DNA of 64,000 nt from Takakia lepidozioides (GCA_030704615.1 CM060732.1:2666001-2730000); one strand, 5' to 3'. Numbered from the stretch's first letter, positions 23,604-37,000 are shown. Numbers and translations are program-made. The notes: generated by a model from the letters alone, not told the origin.

Positions 23604-26600
23604 ATGAGTGATGAAAGAGAAGCTAGACGCCAGAGATATTCAGCAAAAAGAGAAAGCTATCTGAAAGCTAATTATCCATATCTTTGGGAGAGAGGAATAG
23701 ACATAGGGGAATCATCTGGACCTCTCACACCATTAAGATCAAAGAGTACATCACCCATACCGGAAGAACTAGAGTTGGATGCCACTCCTTCTGTTTCTTT
23801 GCAAGAAAGATTAAGGGAATTGGTACGGAAAGAAGATCAATCACGAGGTGAAAGATCTGAGGTACATCCCTGGATAAAAGATTTGACAGAAATCTTTGAT
23901 AAGAGTTGGCATGGAACACCAAAAGCAGGAACTCCAGTTTCTGAAGCGGAAGGTGAAGAAGGAGGAGAGGATATGGCAGAGCCAACGGAGAGTTCAGACT
24001 CTCCAACACCATTACAGTTGAGTTACATGAGTGAAGAAGAAACCCAAGGGCGGAACTTGGAGGATGAAAACAGAGAGAAGAAATTGGAAGAGGAAGAATA
24101 TGAAGAAGTAGACCCAACAGCTGAGGTTGAGACTACAACCAGGACATCCCAACCCGTTGGACCTGGATCAAGTGGAGCACTTGGATCACAGGCCAACGAA
24201 GGTGTCGGCTCAGGGGGATCAGGCGGGCTGCCTAGATCTGGCTCTGGGGGGACAGGGAGTGTGGGAAGTTGTGCAACTGAAGCTGGAAATACTGTGAATA
24301 TCGTGGGGCCAGAAGAAGGGAGTGCTCAAGGGTCACCACTTGGTGGAAGATCCACCACAACAACAACAGGTCCAAAAGGACCAGCACCAGCAAGGGTGCC
24401 AGCACCTGTCAGTGGGCAGAAAGTAGGGCCACAGATGGCGTTACAACCAACACGGGCAAAACCACCTTTTCCAATATATTCAGGAAAAGGGGATCCCGAT
24501 GTACACATTAGCCAATTTGAGCACATGTGTATAGTGAACAATGAGAATGGCGATGATGCCAAGATGAGATTGTTTCCTTGTTCACTTATAAAGAAAGCAA
24601 GTGAATGGTATGCAAGATTCCCTGATAATCATTTCCTAACCTGGAATGGCTGGAATACAACATTCCGAAATAGGTTCAGGACAAGTAAAACTGAGGATGA
24701 AGTGTATGGGAGTTTACAATAGTTAAAGCAAAAGAAGCATGAAACTGTTGAGGAGTATATGGAAAAGATGGAATTGATGATGAAAAAGCTGGCTGCAGTA
24801 CCAGCACCAGGGTTACAGAAGACTTGGTTTGTGAGTGGACTAAGACCAGAGTTGCAAAAGAAAGTGGATATGTTATCCCATAATACAATGGAGGAGGCAT
24901 TTGAAACTGCAAACAGAATTGAGCAATTGGAATGCTCAGGAGAGAGAAAAGGGATGATGAGGACTCTGAGGATGAAGAAGAAGAGCAAGAACTAAAAAAG
25001 AAGAGTAAGAGAAAGGAGAAGTTGAAGAGGGATAACTATGAAAAAAGATTGGAAGAAATCTTGAAGAAGTATGCCACAGAGGCTGCAACACATTGGAGGA
25101 AGGGTGTATGGTGTGCAAAGTGCCAGAATGAAGGCCATACCACCACAGAATGCCACATGAAGGAGAAACATTGTACTATCTGTAAAATGGATAACCATTC
25201 TACTGAGAATTGTTACTACAACAGAAGGACAGTTGCAAGAGAACCTAGGCAAGTAAGGGTGCATCAGGTGCAGCCCCAGCCAAGAAGAAACAATGATCAG
25301 GACCACTATGGTAGGTCTGGTGGTTATAACAATGGCATGGAAGGGAGAGGTAATTCAAGAGGGAATTACCAAGGAAATTCCAGAGGCAACTATCAGGGTA
25401 ATCCAAGGGGGAATTACCAGCCCGGGAATCAGGATTACAGAAATAATCCAAGAGCAGACCAAGGGCGAGGACCCAATGGTGAAGAACTATGTTACTATTG
25501 TAATCAGCCAGGACATCGCAAGGCAGCCTGTTCATTCTGGATAAGACACCAGAATGAGATGAGAGCTCCTGTGAATGAGGGCCCAGTGGTGGCAGCTCAC
25601 ATGGTTAGGCCATGTGTTGTACCAGAAGTAAGTACAATGATAGTAACAAGAAGTAAAGCCAAACTAATACCTCCAGTAGTAGAGGAAGAAGATGATAATG
25701 AAGGTGGCAGTGATATGCCTGAAGATGATGAGGCTTGGAGAGATGAGAAGGAACTGCACAAGGAAGTGGCAGATACCATAAGGGAAATGCAGAAGAGTAC
25801 TGATATTCCTGTGGCAGATTCCTCTGATTCTGATGGAGAAGAAGAAGTGAGCGAGGATGAAAGGAATAAAGAAGATGCAGACATGCAAAGTAATGAAGAG
25901 ACTTTGGCTGAAGTAATATGCCAGACCAAAGCAGAGATTACCATTGGACAGCTATTGGCTGTGGCACCTTATTGTAGGCACATGCTGTATCAAGCAATCA
26001 ATCGAATTGCCCAGGAGACAGGAGACACAGACCTGAGACCAGTTATAATGTGAAGCCGGAAGGGCGAGAAACAGTCATGGACTTTGATGATTCTATGCCA
26101 GTAATCCAATTGAGAATTGGAAGCACAGAACTAACTGATGTACTGATAGATGGAGGTTCTGGAGTAAATATCATGACAGACCAATTAAGGAAGAAGCTTG
26201 GTCTAAGTAACATGAAACCAGCCCCATTTACAGTAACAATGGCAGATCAAAGGAGTGTACAGCCATTGGGATTAATAAGAGGAGTTAAGATACAGATACA
26301 GAAGATGATCTTTATGATCACAGTAACTGTGTTGAAGATGGATGAAGTCATGGAGGCTTACTCCTTATTATTGGGACGTCCGTGGCTGAAACAGGCCAGG
26401 GTATTCCATGACTGGAATTCTCAGTTACTAACCGTGCATAATGGGATACACGAGATACAAATTACCACAAGGAAATCTAGTAGATTACCTGCTACGAGAA
26501 GACCTCGAGGAGTCAGAGAGTATGACTGGAGAGGAGGACTGGATGAGGAGCAGGAAGCTACCCTGTTTGCTGCACACCCAGAGTGGGAGCAGGTTGCAGA

Positions 26601-28985
26601 GATGCGGCTGGAAGGCCTAAGTTGTTTAAGGGGTATCTGTTGTGGTGTAGTGTCAACAACACCGATTGATGAGGAAACCAACAGTTACCCATCACATTTC
26701 TATGAAGAAAAAGAAGGAGAAATGGAAATCCTAGAGGAACCAGCCACTGTGAGGTTACAGGATGAAGTGGTGACTGGTTGGACAATCACAGCTGATGAGC
26801 AAGTGAGGGAAGTGAATGTGGGAACTAAAGAGGAACCGAGGATGGTGAAGGTAGGAGCTGATTTGGAGCCAGAATTCTTTGAAGAAGCTAAGAGTTTGTT
26901 CATCAAATACAGAGATGTATTTGCTTGGAGCTATGAGGATTTAAAAGGGATACCACCTGAAATCTGTCAGCATAAGATTGAACTGGAACCGGGGTCAGTA
27001 CCAATCAAGCAGGCAAGGTACAGAATAAATCCCAACTACGCACAGAAGGTTGGAGAAGAGATCAAGAAGTTGGGTGAGGCTAAGTTTATATACCCAATAG
27101 AGTATACAACTTGGTTGTCACCCATTGTGATAGTTCCCAAGAAGAATGGTAAACTAAGAGTTTGTGTGAACTACAAGAAGCTGAATGCTTGTACGAAGAA
27201 AGATCCTTTCCCTTTGCCATTCACAGAAGCAGTATTAGTTTCATGAGTATCTGGATGATTTCATGCAGGTGTTCTTGGATGATTTCAGTGTGTACAGTTC
27301 TAAGAATGAGCACTAACATAAATTGGAGTTATGTCTGACCAGATGCAGGATGAGAGGTCTGGGCCTGAATCCAGAGAAGTGTACTTTCTGTGTGAACTCA
27401 GGGGTGCTTCTGGGACACATTGTGTGTAAGAGGGGACTTCTTGTGGATCCCAGGAAAACATAGGCCATTAAAGCCTCTCCACCACCAGTGAATGTTAAGA
27501 GTCTAAGGAGATTCCTTGGACAAACCAGCTATTACAGAAGATTTGTCAGACGGTATGCACAGATAGCAGCACCATTGAGCAAACTTCTGAAGAAAGATGC
27601 AGTGTTTGCATGGACACCTGAATGTCAACAGGCTTTTGAGGAACTTACATTGTCAGTAACAACTACACCTGTGCTGATTAGTCCTCACTGGCAGAAAATA
27701 TTTCCTGTTCACTGTGATGCTTCTGGAGAAGCACTAGGAGCGGTGTTAGCCCAAAATGTAACTGGAAGGATAGATTCACCTGTGTACAATGCTAGCCGAT
27801 TGATGAACAATGCCGAAAGAAATTATAGCACAACGGAAAGAGAAGCATTGGCAATGATCTATGCAGTGAAGAAATTCAGGCATTACCTGTTGGGCAAGAA
27901 GTTTATGTTCTATGTGGATCACCAGGCTCTGATATACCTGGTAAACAAACCTCTGATAAGCGGAAGAATAACAAGATGGTTAATAATCTTTCACGAGTTT
28001 GAGTTCGAGGTTGTTTACAAGCCTGGGAGACTGCATCTTGTGGCGGATCACTTGTCAAGGTTATCAACAGGAGAACCAGCCACGGGAGTAGATGATCAAT
28101 TACCAGATGCGAGTCTATTTCCAGTGGAGGTGCAGGGAAGTGCAGATGACTGGTTAGATTGGCAGTGGCCAATCAGATACTACCTTGCTCATGGTCAGTG
28201 CCCACCAAGTTATGGAAAGGAGTAGAGAAAGAGAATTGCTATCAAGGCTCTACCTTACACTATGGTAGGGAGCAGAATGTATAAGCTAGGACCAGATGGA
28301 GTGCTGAAGCGATGCTTATACCACCATGAAGTTAATAAAGTTCTGGAGGAAGTTCATAAAGGAGTGGCAGGAGATCATTTTGGAGAAGAGACTACCAGCA
28401 GGAAAATACTACATGCAGGTTACTGGTGGCCTACTTTGTTCAAAGATGTACACAAGTATTGTCAAAGTTGTGATGAATGTCAGAGGCTGGGACCTTTGCA
28501 GAGATCTGGGAAAATGTCTTTGCATCCTACAATGCCTACGGAACCATTTCAGAAATGGGGACTAGACTTTGTTGGACCAATTAACCCACCAGCCAAGAAT
28601 ACATAGAACAGGTACATAATTACAGCCACTGATTATACTACGAAGTGGGTGGAAGCTAAAGCTTTGAGGGACAACACAGCCAAGTCCACAGCAAGGTTTC
28701 TGTATGAGAACATACTTACACGATTTGGCTGTCCCTTGGAATTTATCAGTGATCAGGGAAGTCACTTCATTAATGAGACCATTGAATTGTTGACTAAAGA
28801 GTTCATGATTGTGCATAGGAAGAGTACAACATATTACCCACAGGGTAATGGGCAGGCAGAGGCTACCAACAAAATACTATGTACTATCTTGGCTAAGATA
28901 GTCAATGCAAATAGAACGGATTGGGATACAAAGCTGCTAACAGCTTTGTGGTCATATAGGACTTCATATAAAGTCACCACTAAGT
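23604..28985 (+). pseudogene. Gypsy gag-pol (capsid, CCHC knuckles, protease, RT, RNase H, integrase), disrupted
   Basis: CYYCNQPGHRKAAC; VLIDGGSGVNIM; WLSPIVIVPKKNGK; HCDASG; NYSTTEREALA; integrase Zn-finger region, WGLDFVGP, ISDQGSHF, GNGQAE. Stops, frameshifts and an RT deletion at ~27238. Confidence 0.92.
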
Positions 28986-29127
28986 TGAAAGGACGGAAGC
29001 CAGTTTACAAAGGGACACGTGGAAGTCAAGGCGCAACACACAGCTGAGAAGGAAGTGCAAGAACGGATGTCATCAAGAAAGGGGACAAGAATGGCCGTCC
29101 AAATACCTAATCAGTGCATCAAATTGG

Positions 29128-31062
29128 ATGAATGGCGGGCCCATTAATGAATACAGAAAAGGGGCAACAGAACAAACGGCAAGTACAGAAAAGCGAAATT
29201 CTTGTCACATGTGTTATCCTAGTGGACAGTCCAGCAGGGAAAGTCCACTAAAGAAAATTAAATCTAAAATCCAGTCACAACGGTTACAGCCAATAGAAAG
29301 CCAGAGAAGGGATCAAGAAATTGGAGGGAAATTAAGCGCAAGAGTCGGCGTCGTTTTGAGTAACGGGCGTCTCGACGGGACAAACCATCAATGCTATAGC
29401 TTTGAAGCTATGGAGGAACTAACAGACTATACGCGCGCAATATTACTTACGCAGTGGCATAGGGACGAAACAACAGAGCGGATCTTTTCTCTTGAGCGAT
29501 GCTTGCAAGCCCCGCAGGCTTACAAGAAATTACCCATAGCTTTTTGTGGCAACCATACGTTTATGCTTTGTGCACTACAGGCATTTCTTCAGTTGTTACA
29601 GCCAAAACATTTCTGTGGGTCTAGAATGAAGAGAGTGAGAGGAATGGAGGAAATCAGGGTGAAGAGCACCACAATTCTGCAGAAACAAACGATTGCTACC
29701 CCACAGGCGATACAGATACTGAAGGAGCTGAGATTGCAAGGATTGCAAAGCAAAGATTGGACATTGCACCATAGACAGTACATGTTACAATTCTTGCAGA
29801 ACTTTGAGCCAAGGACAGGAGCAACAACGGTGAAGGGAGTTGAATTAGTAATTACTCCCCTATACCTCCAGCAATTGTTTCGATTGCCAGCAGGCCAGGT
29901 GCATGTGGAGGAGCACAGGGCAAGACTGCAAATAGGGGACTTATTCCAAGAAGGGAGTTTCTTTAAAACTCAGGGTTATGCTTGTACCAAGGCCGTGTAC
30001 CCAGGGCTAAAGGAGGTAGGCCAGGTATTGAACGTTCTGTTTGCCATGAAACAGAACCAACAGTATTTGAGCAGATCCTTCACAGAGGAAATACTCAAAG
30101 CCCTGAGAGGAGAAGAGGTAGAATGGGCGGACATAATGTACAACGCACTGGTAGAGGAGATGAAAAGATTACAGGGTACTGCCGCAAATTCTCCTATCAT
30201 AGTGTCTGGCCCAATCATTGCTCAAATAATTCTTGATTCTGGCATACTTGATGTGCGAGAAAGAAAGGAGATGAGAGTGTTTGAGCCAGAAACCACTGCA
30301 ATGGAAGAGCAAAACTCTTCACATAGTGAGGGTGGACTGGCAGGGCAACCCGAGAATAAGAGACAGAGGCGGGGAAAGACTGTAGTGGCGGATCCACTGG
30401 CTTCACGGAATCCGCATGATAATGTTTCCCAAGTTTTTGTGCAGGAAGGGGCACAGCAGCACAGAGAACTGCTATTACTAGAAGCAGGACCTTCAGAGAG
30501 GGAAGAGGAAGTTACTTCAGTATCACAGCCATCACAGCCAGAGGATCGGCTTGTCACAAGGTTATCACAAGTTGTCCATGCAGTTCAACCAGAAATAATT
30601 GATTTAGAAAAAGAAGGGTTAGATATTCCCACTACTGAATAGGTGGTGGCAGAAATAGAGAAGGGGGACCTTCTCTATGAATATTCTGGTATGGTCAAGG
30701 ACACAGTGATTCCGGAGGTGCAACGATTGTCCAAGGGAAACCCTGCGGCGCATATAATACACACACCTGTGACGGAGGTACCACAGGTAGAATGCCAAGA
30801 CACTGCAGCACCAGTGACGGATGAAGTGGTTCAGGAAGAAAATCTGGTGGGGCAATGGCCTGAATGGTTCGTAAGGCATCACACTGTTGAGGATCAGGGA
30901 GAACAGCAGCAAGCTCACCATGATGACCCTCAACAGGCTATGCTTATGAGTTCCATAAGTAGGACACTGAATTTGTTGGGTACTTATGTCAAATCCCATG
31001 TTCCCACTACTCAATTAGCAGCTTTGAGGGAGGAACTCAGGCAAGAGTTTGAGGCTCGACTT
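29128..31062 (+). pseudogene. N-terminal part of the Gypsy extra 3' ORF, cut by the MULE left end
   Basis: Long ORF after the integrase. QQAMLMSSI..TLNLLGTYVKSHVPTTQL matches 55022-55160 (-). Confidence 0.65.
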
Positions 31063-31525
31063 GGGGGCTGCTATTTCATGAGCCATGAGCCATGAGCGGC
31101 ATGAGCCATGAGCAGAGTCGTAAGTGTGGAAAAAAACATGAGCAACACTATTTTCTGGAAATGAGTGTCCGCGGGAATAGGGTTTAGGGTGCCACGGTCA
31201 TAGGGGGAGAAGGACCTCCCGATGAAGGAGGTTCGGCAATGTTATTTAGAATTATATATTGAAAGGCAATGTTTCGCGAATGGAAGGGTGGTACTGCTAT
31301 GTACAATGGGGGCCCATTTCAGCCTACCAGCCACTTGCAAAATCCACCCACACTCCCAATCCCAAACGAAATGAGCAATGACGCATTCTCGGAACGATGG
31401 ACATAGAATAGAATAAAAAGAGGGCACAATGAGGTTTTTATTGATCCACATGAATTGCATTTGAAGCACGTCTACTGTGCTGATTGTGCAATCAAATCTT
31501 TAGCCCTGTGCCTACTGAATACAAG

Positions 31526-32063
31526 TCACGTTGTCAATGGGACTTCGACTGCTCTCAGAACTAGCTCATGAGTCATGGGGCTCCTCCATGTAAAGTCGAT
31601 TGCAGCCGTTGTACCGCCCCTAGTGATGTTCACCACAATGTCCTGCCCTTCAATCATACCACCATCGAATATGGAAATCTTCACGTTTTCGTCGTCCACA
31701 CCAATGCGAATGTCCCCATACAATGGAGAAGAGGAGCGCACTCCTTGAGGAGAATAGGTCTCTCCGATGGAGTCCACCCACGTCCAGTGGCAGCAGTTCC
31801 ACCGCAACAGCATAGCAGTGCGCCTTCTTCTGCATGGGTGACCGTCGTAGCTGGGAAAATCGGAATCGAGGATGCGCAGGAGCCACGGACTCCTCAGACC
31901 AGTGGCCTAGGATATACTCAAAAGCCACCAATGTTTCCACAATCGAACCAGTATCTTCTCTGTAATCTGTGTACCAGATAACAATGTCTCCCGATGTGGC
32001 CGAATACATTGCATAATCGATGCCTCCAAATGGGCAGTCGTCCCGGTTCCGGAAGCACGGCAT
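31526..32063 (-). pseudogene. ORF-X1, unknown ~180-aa protein (deletion and frameshift in this copy)
   Basis: MPCFRNRDDCPFGGIDYAMY...RWNCCHWTW...LVLRAVEVP; paralog of ORF-X2. Confidence 0.7.
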
Positions 32064-32619
32064 CCTTGCAAAGGAGGACCTGAGGACGACTTGGATGCAG
32101 ATGACAATGACCTTGCGGACAGCTACGAAGCCCTTAGATTTTTGAAATGATGCGAAGCGGAAGAGCAGTCCGGCCTCCAATAATGGAGCATCTGGGTCCC
32201 ACGTACCCACCGACGGAGGTGGAACGTGTTCATCACGCCGGCGGTGGATGAACCCATACATCTTTCTCATCAACAAGTTATAGTTTGAGATCTGTCACCG
32301 AAGTCCATCCCCCCGGATGGAAATTTGGCGCCGCATTTACATCGAAGAGGGGATGGACTTCGTCGTGTCCAGTGGCTATCGGCCCACCTGGCAGTGAGTG
32401 CCCATAGTTTGCATGGCAGGGTAGGAAACTGAAACGGCTACATTCATGAAGCAGCCAATCTTCATCGGTCCAGGATCCTGTAGGGGGGAAATTTAAATGT
32501 GCCCTGGAGTGTTTGTGAGGAATTGCAGCGTTAGCTTGAACTTTTTCCAGCCACCGCGCTGCTCCTCCTCCATCCGGGAGCTGCTGTCATTGAGCGTACT
32601 CCGCTACTCTTTTTCAAGG

Positions 32620-33198
32620 ATGCCATGCCGCCGAAATCCAGCCGACTGCCCTTATCATGGCCACGATTATGCTATGTTCAAACCAGAATCAGGAGACATC
32701 ATTGTCTGGCTCTCTGTTTTCACAGACGCTGCTGGAATCAAGCAAGAGTCTTTGCGCGCAATGGAGTATCTGGAGGGCTATTACCGCTTTGAGCGAGGTG
32801 AGGGCGAGGGTCAATGCGGTCCGTGGGTCCTGAAAATTGTTGACCTCGATATACCAAGCTGGAAAGGGATGCCGGACAGATCACGCACGGCCTCGCTTTG
32901 GCGCTGGAACTGCTGCCAGTGGACCAAGGAGGACGGCACCGGGGAAAACTTTATACGTGCAGATCACTCCACTCTTCCAGTGTATGGAGACATTCGGCTG
33001 AGTTGCGAAGACGAATCGCACGGGCACATGAGGCCCACAGTGACCTTGTCAATGTATGATGGTGGTATCATTGATGGACATGACATTGTCGTCGGCTCCA
33101 GCAAGGGCAGCAGAACGACCGAATTGCAGTTTACCTCGAGGTGCCGCAGCAGTGATGAGCTTGTTTTGAGGGGTATCGAAGTTCCGTCGACTTGGTGA
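32620..33198 (+). CDS. ORF-X2, unknown 192-aa protein (intact frame)
   Basis: MPCRRNPADCPYHGHDYAMF...RWNCCQWT...YGDIRL...DGGIIDGHDIVV...LVLRGIEVP. Amino-acid conservation with X1 despite diverged DNA supports coding status. Confidence 0.75.
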   Translation: MPCRRNPADCPYHGHDYAMFKPESGDIIVWLSVFTDAAGIKQESLRAMEYLEGYYRFERGEGEGQCGPWVLKIVDLDIPSWKGMPDRSRTASLWRWNCCQWTKEDGTGENFIRADHSTLPVYGDIRLSCEDESHGHMRPTVTLSMYDGGIIDGHDIVVGSSKGSRTTELQFTSRCRSSDELVLRGIEVPSTW

Positions 33199-33454
33199 AG
33201 CCCATGTAGAAGGAGGAAGGGCTTAGTTTTGTCTGCAGTTGGTAAATGTGAGACATCGTGTCCGATCAATAAACCCATCGTACCTCACTTATGTATGATT
33301 GTGTTTCATTCTGTTGAATAACTGTCGGAATTGGCCCACTGTTTACAATTTGATGTCTCATTTCTACAATGTGTCTGTCCGGATGAATATAGCAGAGTAA
33401 CCGGTATGTGAGTCATGTGTCAAGAATATACCAGAGTAACGCCATGTCGGACAT

Positions 33455-33935
33455 TGAAATGCGGCACCGCATTTCCATGTCGGACATTGGAATGCAGTGG
33501 CGCATTTCCATGTCGGCATCGAAATGCGGTGCCGAATTTCCATGCCGACATGGAAATGTATGAACCGCATTTCAGTGTCGGACAATGAAATGCGGTGCAT
33601 CATTTCCGTCCAGGTACACGAAATACCAACACGGGTCTATAAATTGGACAGACAACGAGGTTGGCATTGCAAATGCGGCGACGCATTTCCAGCTTGGCAA
33701 TGGAAACTTCTTTTTGGACAAGGGAATGCGGTGCCGCATTTCCGTCCAACACTTCGAAAAGTGTGACATTTCCGACCAGCGCGATGGAATGCGTTACCGC
33801 ATTTCCGTGAGAGGGTCTGCAAATGGACAAATTGCGTGGAAAATTTAGTCCCTCCCTTGTTTTGGAAATGCGGTGCCGCATTTCCAAAAGAGGTTCTTAG
33901 AGTTGCCAAAATTTTGGAAATGCGGTGCCCCATTT
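33455..33935. repeat. Short array of subfamily-A palindromes; first five at a 32-34-bp period
   Basis: Starts at 33455, 33488, 33520, 33552, 33586, then more widely spaced copies. Confidence 0.85.
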
Positions 33936-34073
33936 CTGATTTTGGGAGCGTCGTGGTTTGGGCGATTGTGTGGCTGGAATGCACACTGGAGAGGGGTCAC
34001 GAATGTCGGGCATAATTTCCTTTATATACTCTGGAAGAGAATTTACATTTACAGAGACTTCATTAAAATTCTA

Positions 34074-37000
34074 TTAATCTTGAAAATCATCCGAATCCTC
34101 ATCCTGTTCTAGATTGTCCTGCTCCGCCTCCACCCCCTCAGTGCCTTTCTCATCTCCAGCGGACTGCTCGTTGGCCAGGCTTTCGAAAATCCCATCTTCC
34201 CCTTGCGGAACTGTCCATCTCACCTCCGTTGGGTCGTCTTCCTCCCTGTCTGCGTCGCTCTCATCCGCTGAATCACATATGTACTTTCGTACCCGTCTAC
34301 CTGTCTGAGCTGCTGCCAACTCTTTCCTTATCCTTCTGTCCTCCCTAGCCCTCTCCAAAATCTGCTCTACTTTACTGGGATTCTCACTTCTTCTAATCGC
34401 TGTATTTACGAGTTTAGCTGCATAACTAGGAAGGGAGTAGTCCCTCACCGGGCTCGTCATGAAGTCGGCCCTCGCAAAGAACGGGACATTCTTCCTGGCA
34501 GGAAGTGTAGGCCCTACATATTTCGACCCGGACCCTGCAATCCTGCACATGACAATCATCAACGAGACTAATGAGAACCACAGTCGGGAAATTCGTTTGA
34601 CAAAAATGACCCAGAAGGCTTTGCAAACTTACAATGTTTGCACTCACTCGTATTCCGGGTTCTCCTCCGCATCAATGTCCACTGTGTCTTCCTCCGACTC
34701 CGACGAATCCGAGGAGACTTCCGCTCTGTCGGGAGCCTTAACATTCCGTTGCAGCCCTTCCAGATGGGATCCCCACACGGATGAATCCTCCTCGTAGGCA
34801 AAGAGGTGCCGGTCGGAAAAACCGCCCAGCCCACATTGAGGCACCTGTTACAATGCCATCCACACATTACCACATGGCGCTTCAGATGTTGCGAACTACA
34901 TCCTAACGAGAATTTGCAGAACATCATAGATCAAGATTCTGCATACCTGTCCCACAGATGAGGTCGAGCACTGTGCCCTCCACGTCTGTGCATGTCTCCA
35001 TAATTGTCTGAATGAAGGCAGGGCTCCGAGTCCGTGAGTACCGCAGGGGTTCCGTTGAAGTGAGGCTATGAGGGAGAAGTTCCTTGGGAACGTTGTTGAA
35101 CAGAACGTCGTAATCGAGGGGGTCGCAGTTCGGGTCAACCATTCCTCCCTCCTTCCGGAAAGCAAAGGTGGAGTTCTCCTTCACAAAGCAGTATGCATCG
35201 AACTGCTTCGTCTGCATACACAGGGGGGAACGATTAGAAACCGAATGCGGCACCGCATTTGAAAACACCCAAGCAAATGAATGGACGAGTGCCAGTGTCG
35301 TAATCACCTTCTTCCCTTCCGACCGAAGGCCCAGTGTGTTGATGCACGTCCACTTCTTTTTCAGAATCGGGACGGCGCTCTTGCGGGTCCACTTCGCAAT
35401 TCCTGTCTGAGTGTTTTTTCCTCTGCTCGCCAGGACAACCACACAGCCTCTGTCGTCCAACACCATGCGGGCAAGCCCGAATCCTTTCTTCCAAAAGTCC
35501 TCCGAGTACCTGTTCCAAGATGGCAAAGCTTGCAGTCCTTCCACAGGCTCTCCGTCCGGAATATCCAAGATGATCATATCGCAAGACCACTCGGTGGCAT
35601 TTCCGCCCCTCCTACAATCCTTGTCTGCACACACCCTCTCAAAGAACGAGACCATATTCTGAAATCCTGGGGTGTCGGAAGGCTCTTCGGCAGTCGCCTT
35701 CTTCAGTGCTCTGCCCTTCAGACCCTCCATGGTCTTCATGTATGCCAACTTGGCTGCCCGTCCATCCAAAGCCGCCAAGAAACTCTCATTTACACACTGG
35801 ACTACTGTTTCGGGAGCCACTTTCGGCCTCTTCATTTCCACCGGCTCGAAAGGGTGCCCCCCTGGGGGGTTGAAGAGTGCCTTCTTTGCCGAGCCAGTTC
35901 TCGTGCCTCTCGTGACAACGGTGGGCACAGGGGAGGCAGCCTGCGTTTGGGGGGGTGGGCTGGTTGCAAAGTCTCCATCGGAGTCCTCTTCCTCACCCTC
36001 TTCCTGAACAGGCTGTTTCTGCTTCTTCGTTTTGGCGGGTGTCACAACAGCTGCTCCTTGCTGGCGAGTCCTCTTCTTCGACCCCTTCTGTTGGGCCTGC
36101 ACAGCTGCATCCACCGTCTTTTGTGCCATCTCAGCTGCCTTTCTAGATTCTTCCAGAGCAGCAGATTCCTTTGCCGACTTTGGCCTAGCAGGGACACGTC
36201 TTTCCTTTCTCTTCTCTTCTGCCAAGGCGTGCAGATCTTTCTCAAACTCGTCAACAATATCGCCAGACATGTCCAGGTACCACGGGCATCCAACGAGATG
36301 CGCGGGATGCCATTGTTTCTGCATCTCGGGTGTATAGACACAGCTTGGGCCCGCCACGGTCCAAGCCATGAAGAACGGGGGCTCTTGAGCCAGGGCCCCT
36401 GTCTGAAGGAGCACGTATTTCATATACCTTCAAGGCAGTCAGCATGCGTGAGCAAAAGTTGAGACCAACCTACTCGCAGAGTGCCACCGAAAACATAAAA
36501 TGCGAATGCGGTGCCGCATTTCCGAGACAAACCTCGTAACCAGGCTTCGCATACAAGGGCAGCTGTGCTTCACCTGTAAACAATTTGCATTGCAGCTTTC
36601 CCCGCTCCCTCCTGATGTGTAAACTCCACGCTCCTTCTTGTTGTCTGTAGCTCTCTGGCGAAAAGGTTGTCCTTGTACGCACATCTGAAACGTGTCACGT
36701 AGTCTTCCAATGTCTGTGTTCCATCCCATTTGACGTACAAGCCGAACGAATTTGTGTGCATTACGACTTGCTCCTTCGCATTCGACATTACCTGCGATTC
36801 CCAAATGCATTGTCACGTAGCAGTTCAGGGAATTCATTTCAGAAAAGCAAATCTGGGAAGTACCTTGAATTACCTGGAACCACCAAGTCATGCGGTTGAG
36901 CCACACATCCACTGCAGGGTCGGAAACTTCGAATGGAAAAGACCACATTGTCCTTATGCTCTCGGATGCATTCCAGATCGACAGCCACCGTGTCTGCCAT

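Larger units (their letters stand above)
20023..31062 (+). mobile_element. Ty3/Gypsy (non-chromovirus-like) LTR retrotransposon, tandem arrangement sharing one LTR; truncated by a MULE end at 31063
   Basis: 13-bp LTR start TGTTAGAGGACTG at 20023, then a deletion to the 3' ORF, PPT, LTR, PBS, ORF0, gag-PR-RT-RH-IN and the 3' ORF again. Confidence 0.88.

Noticed and set aside
20039-31062. Circularly permuted one-LTR-circle integration
   Set aside because: The 13-bp LTR start at 20023 is better explained by a tandem element with an internal deletion.
35281-36462. 393-aa plus-strand ORF and similar antisense ORFs (e.g. 40279-41037)
   Set aside because: Antisense shadows of the minus-strand MTase exon, with no motifs of their own.
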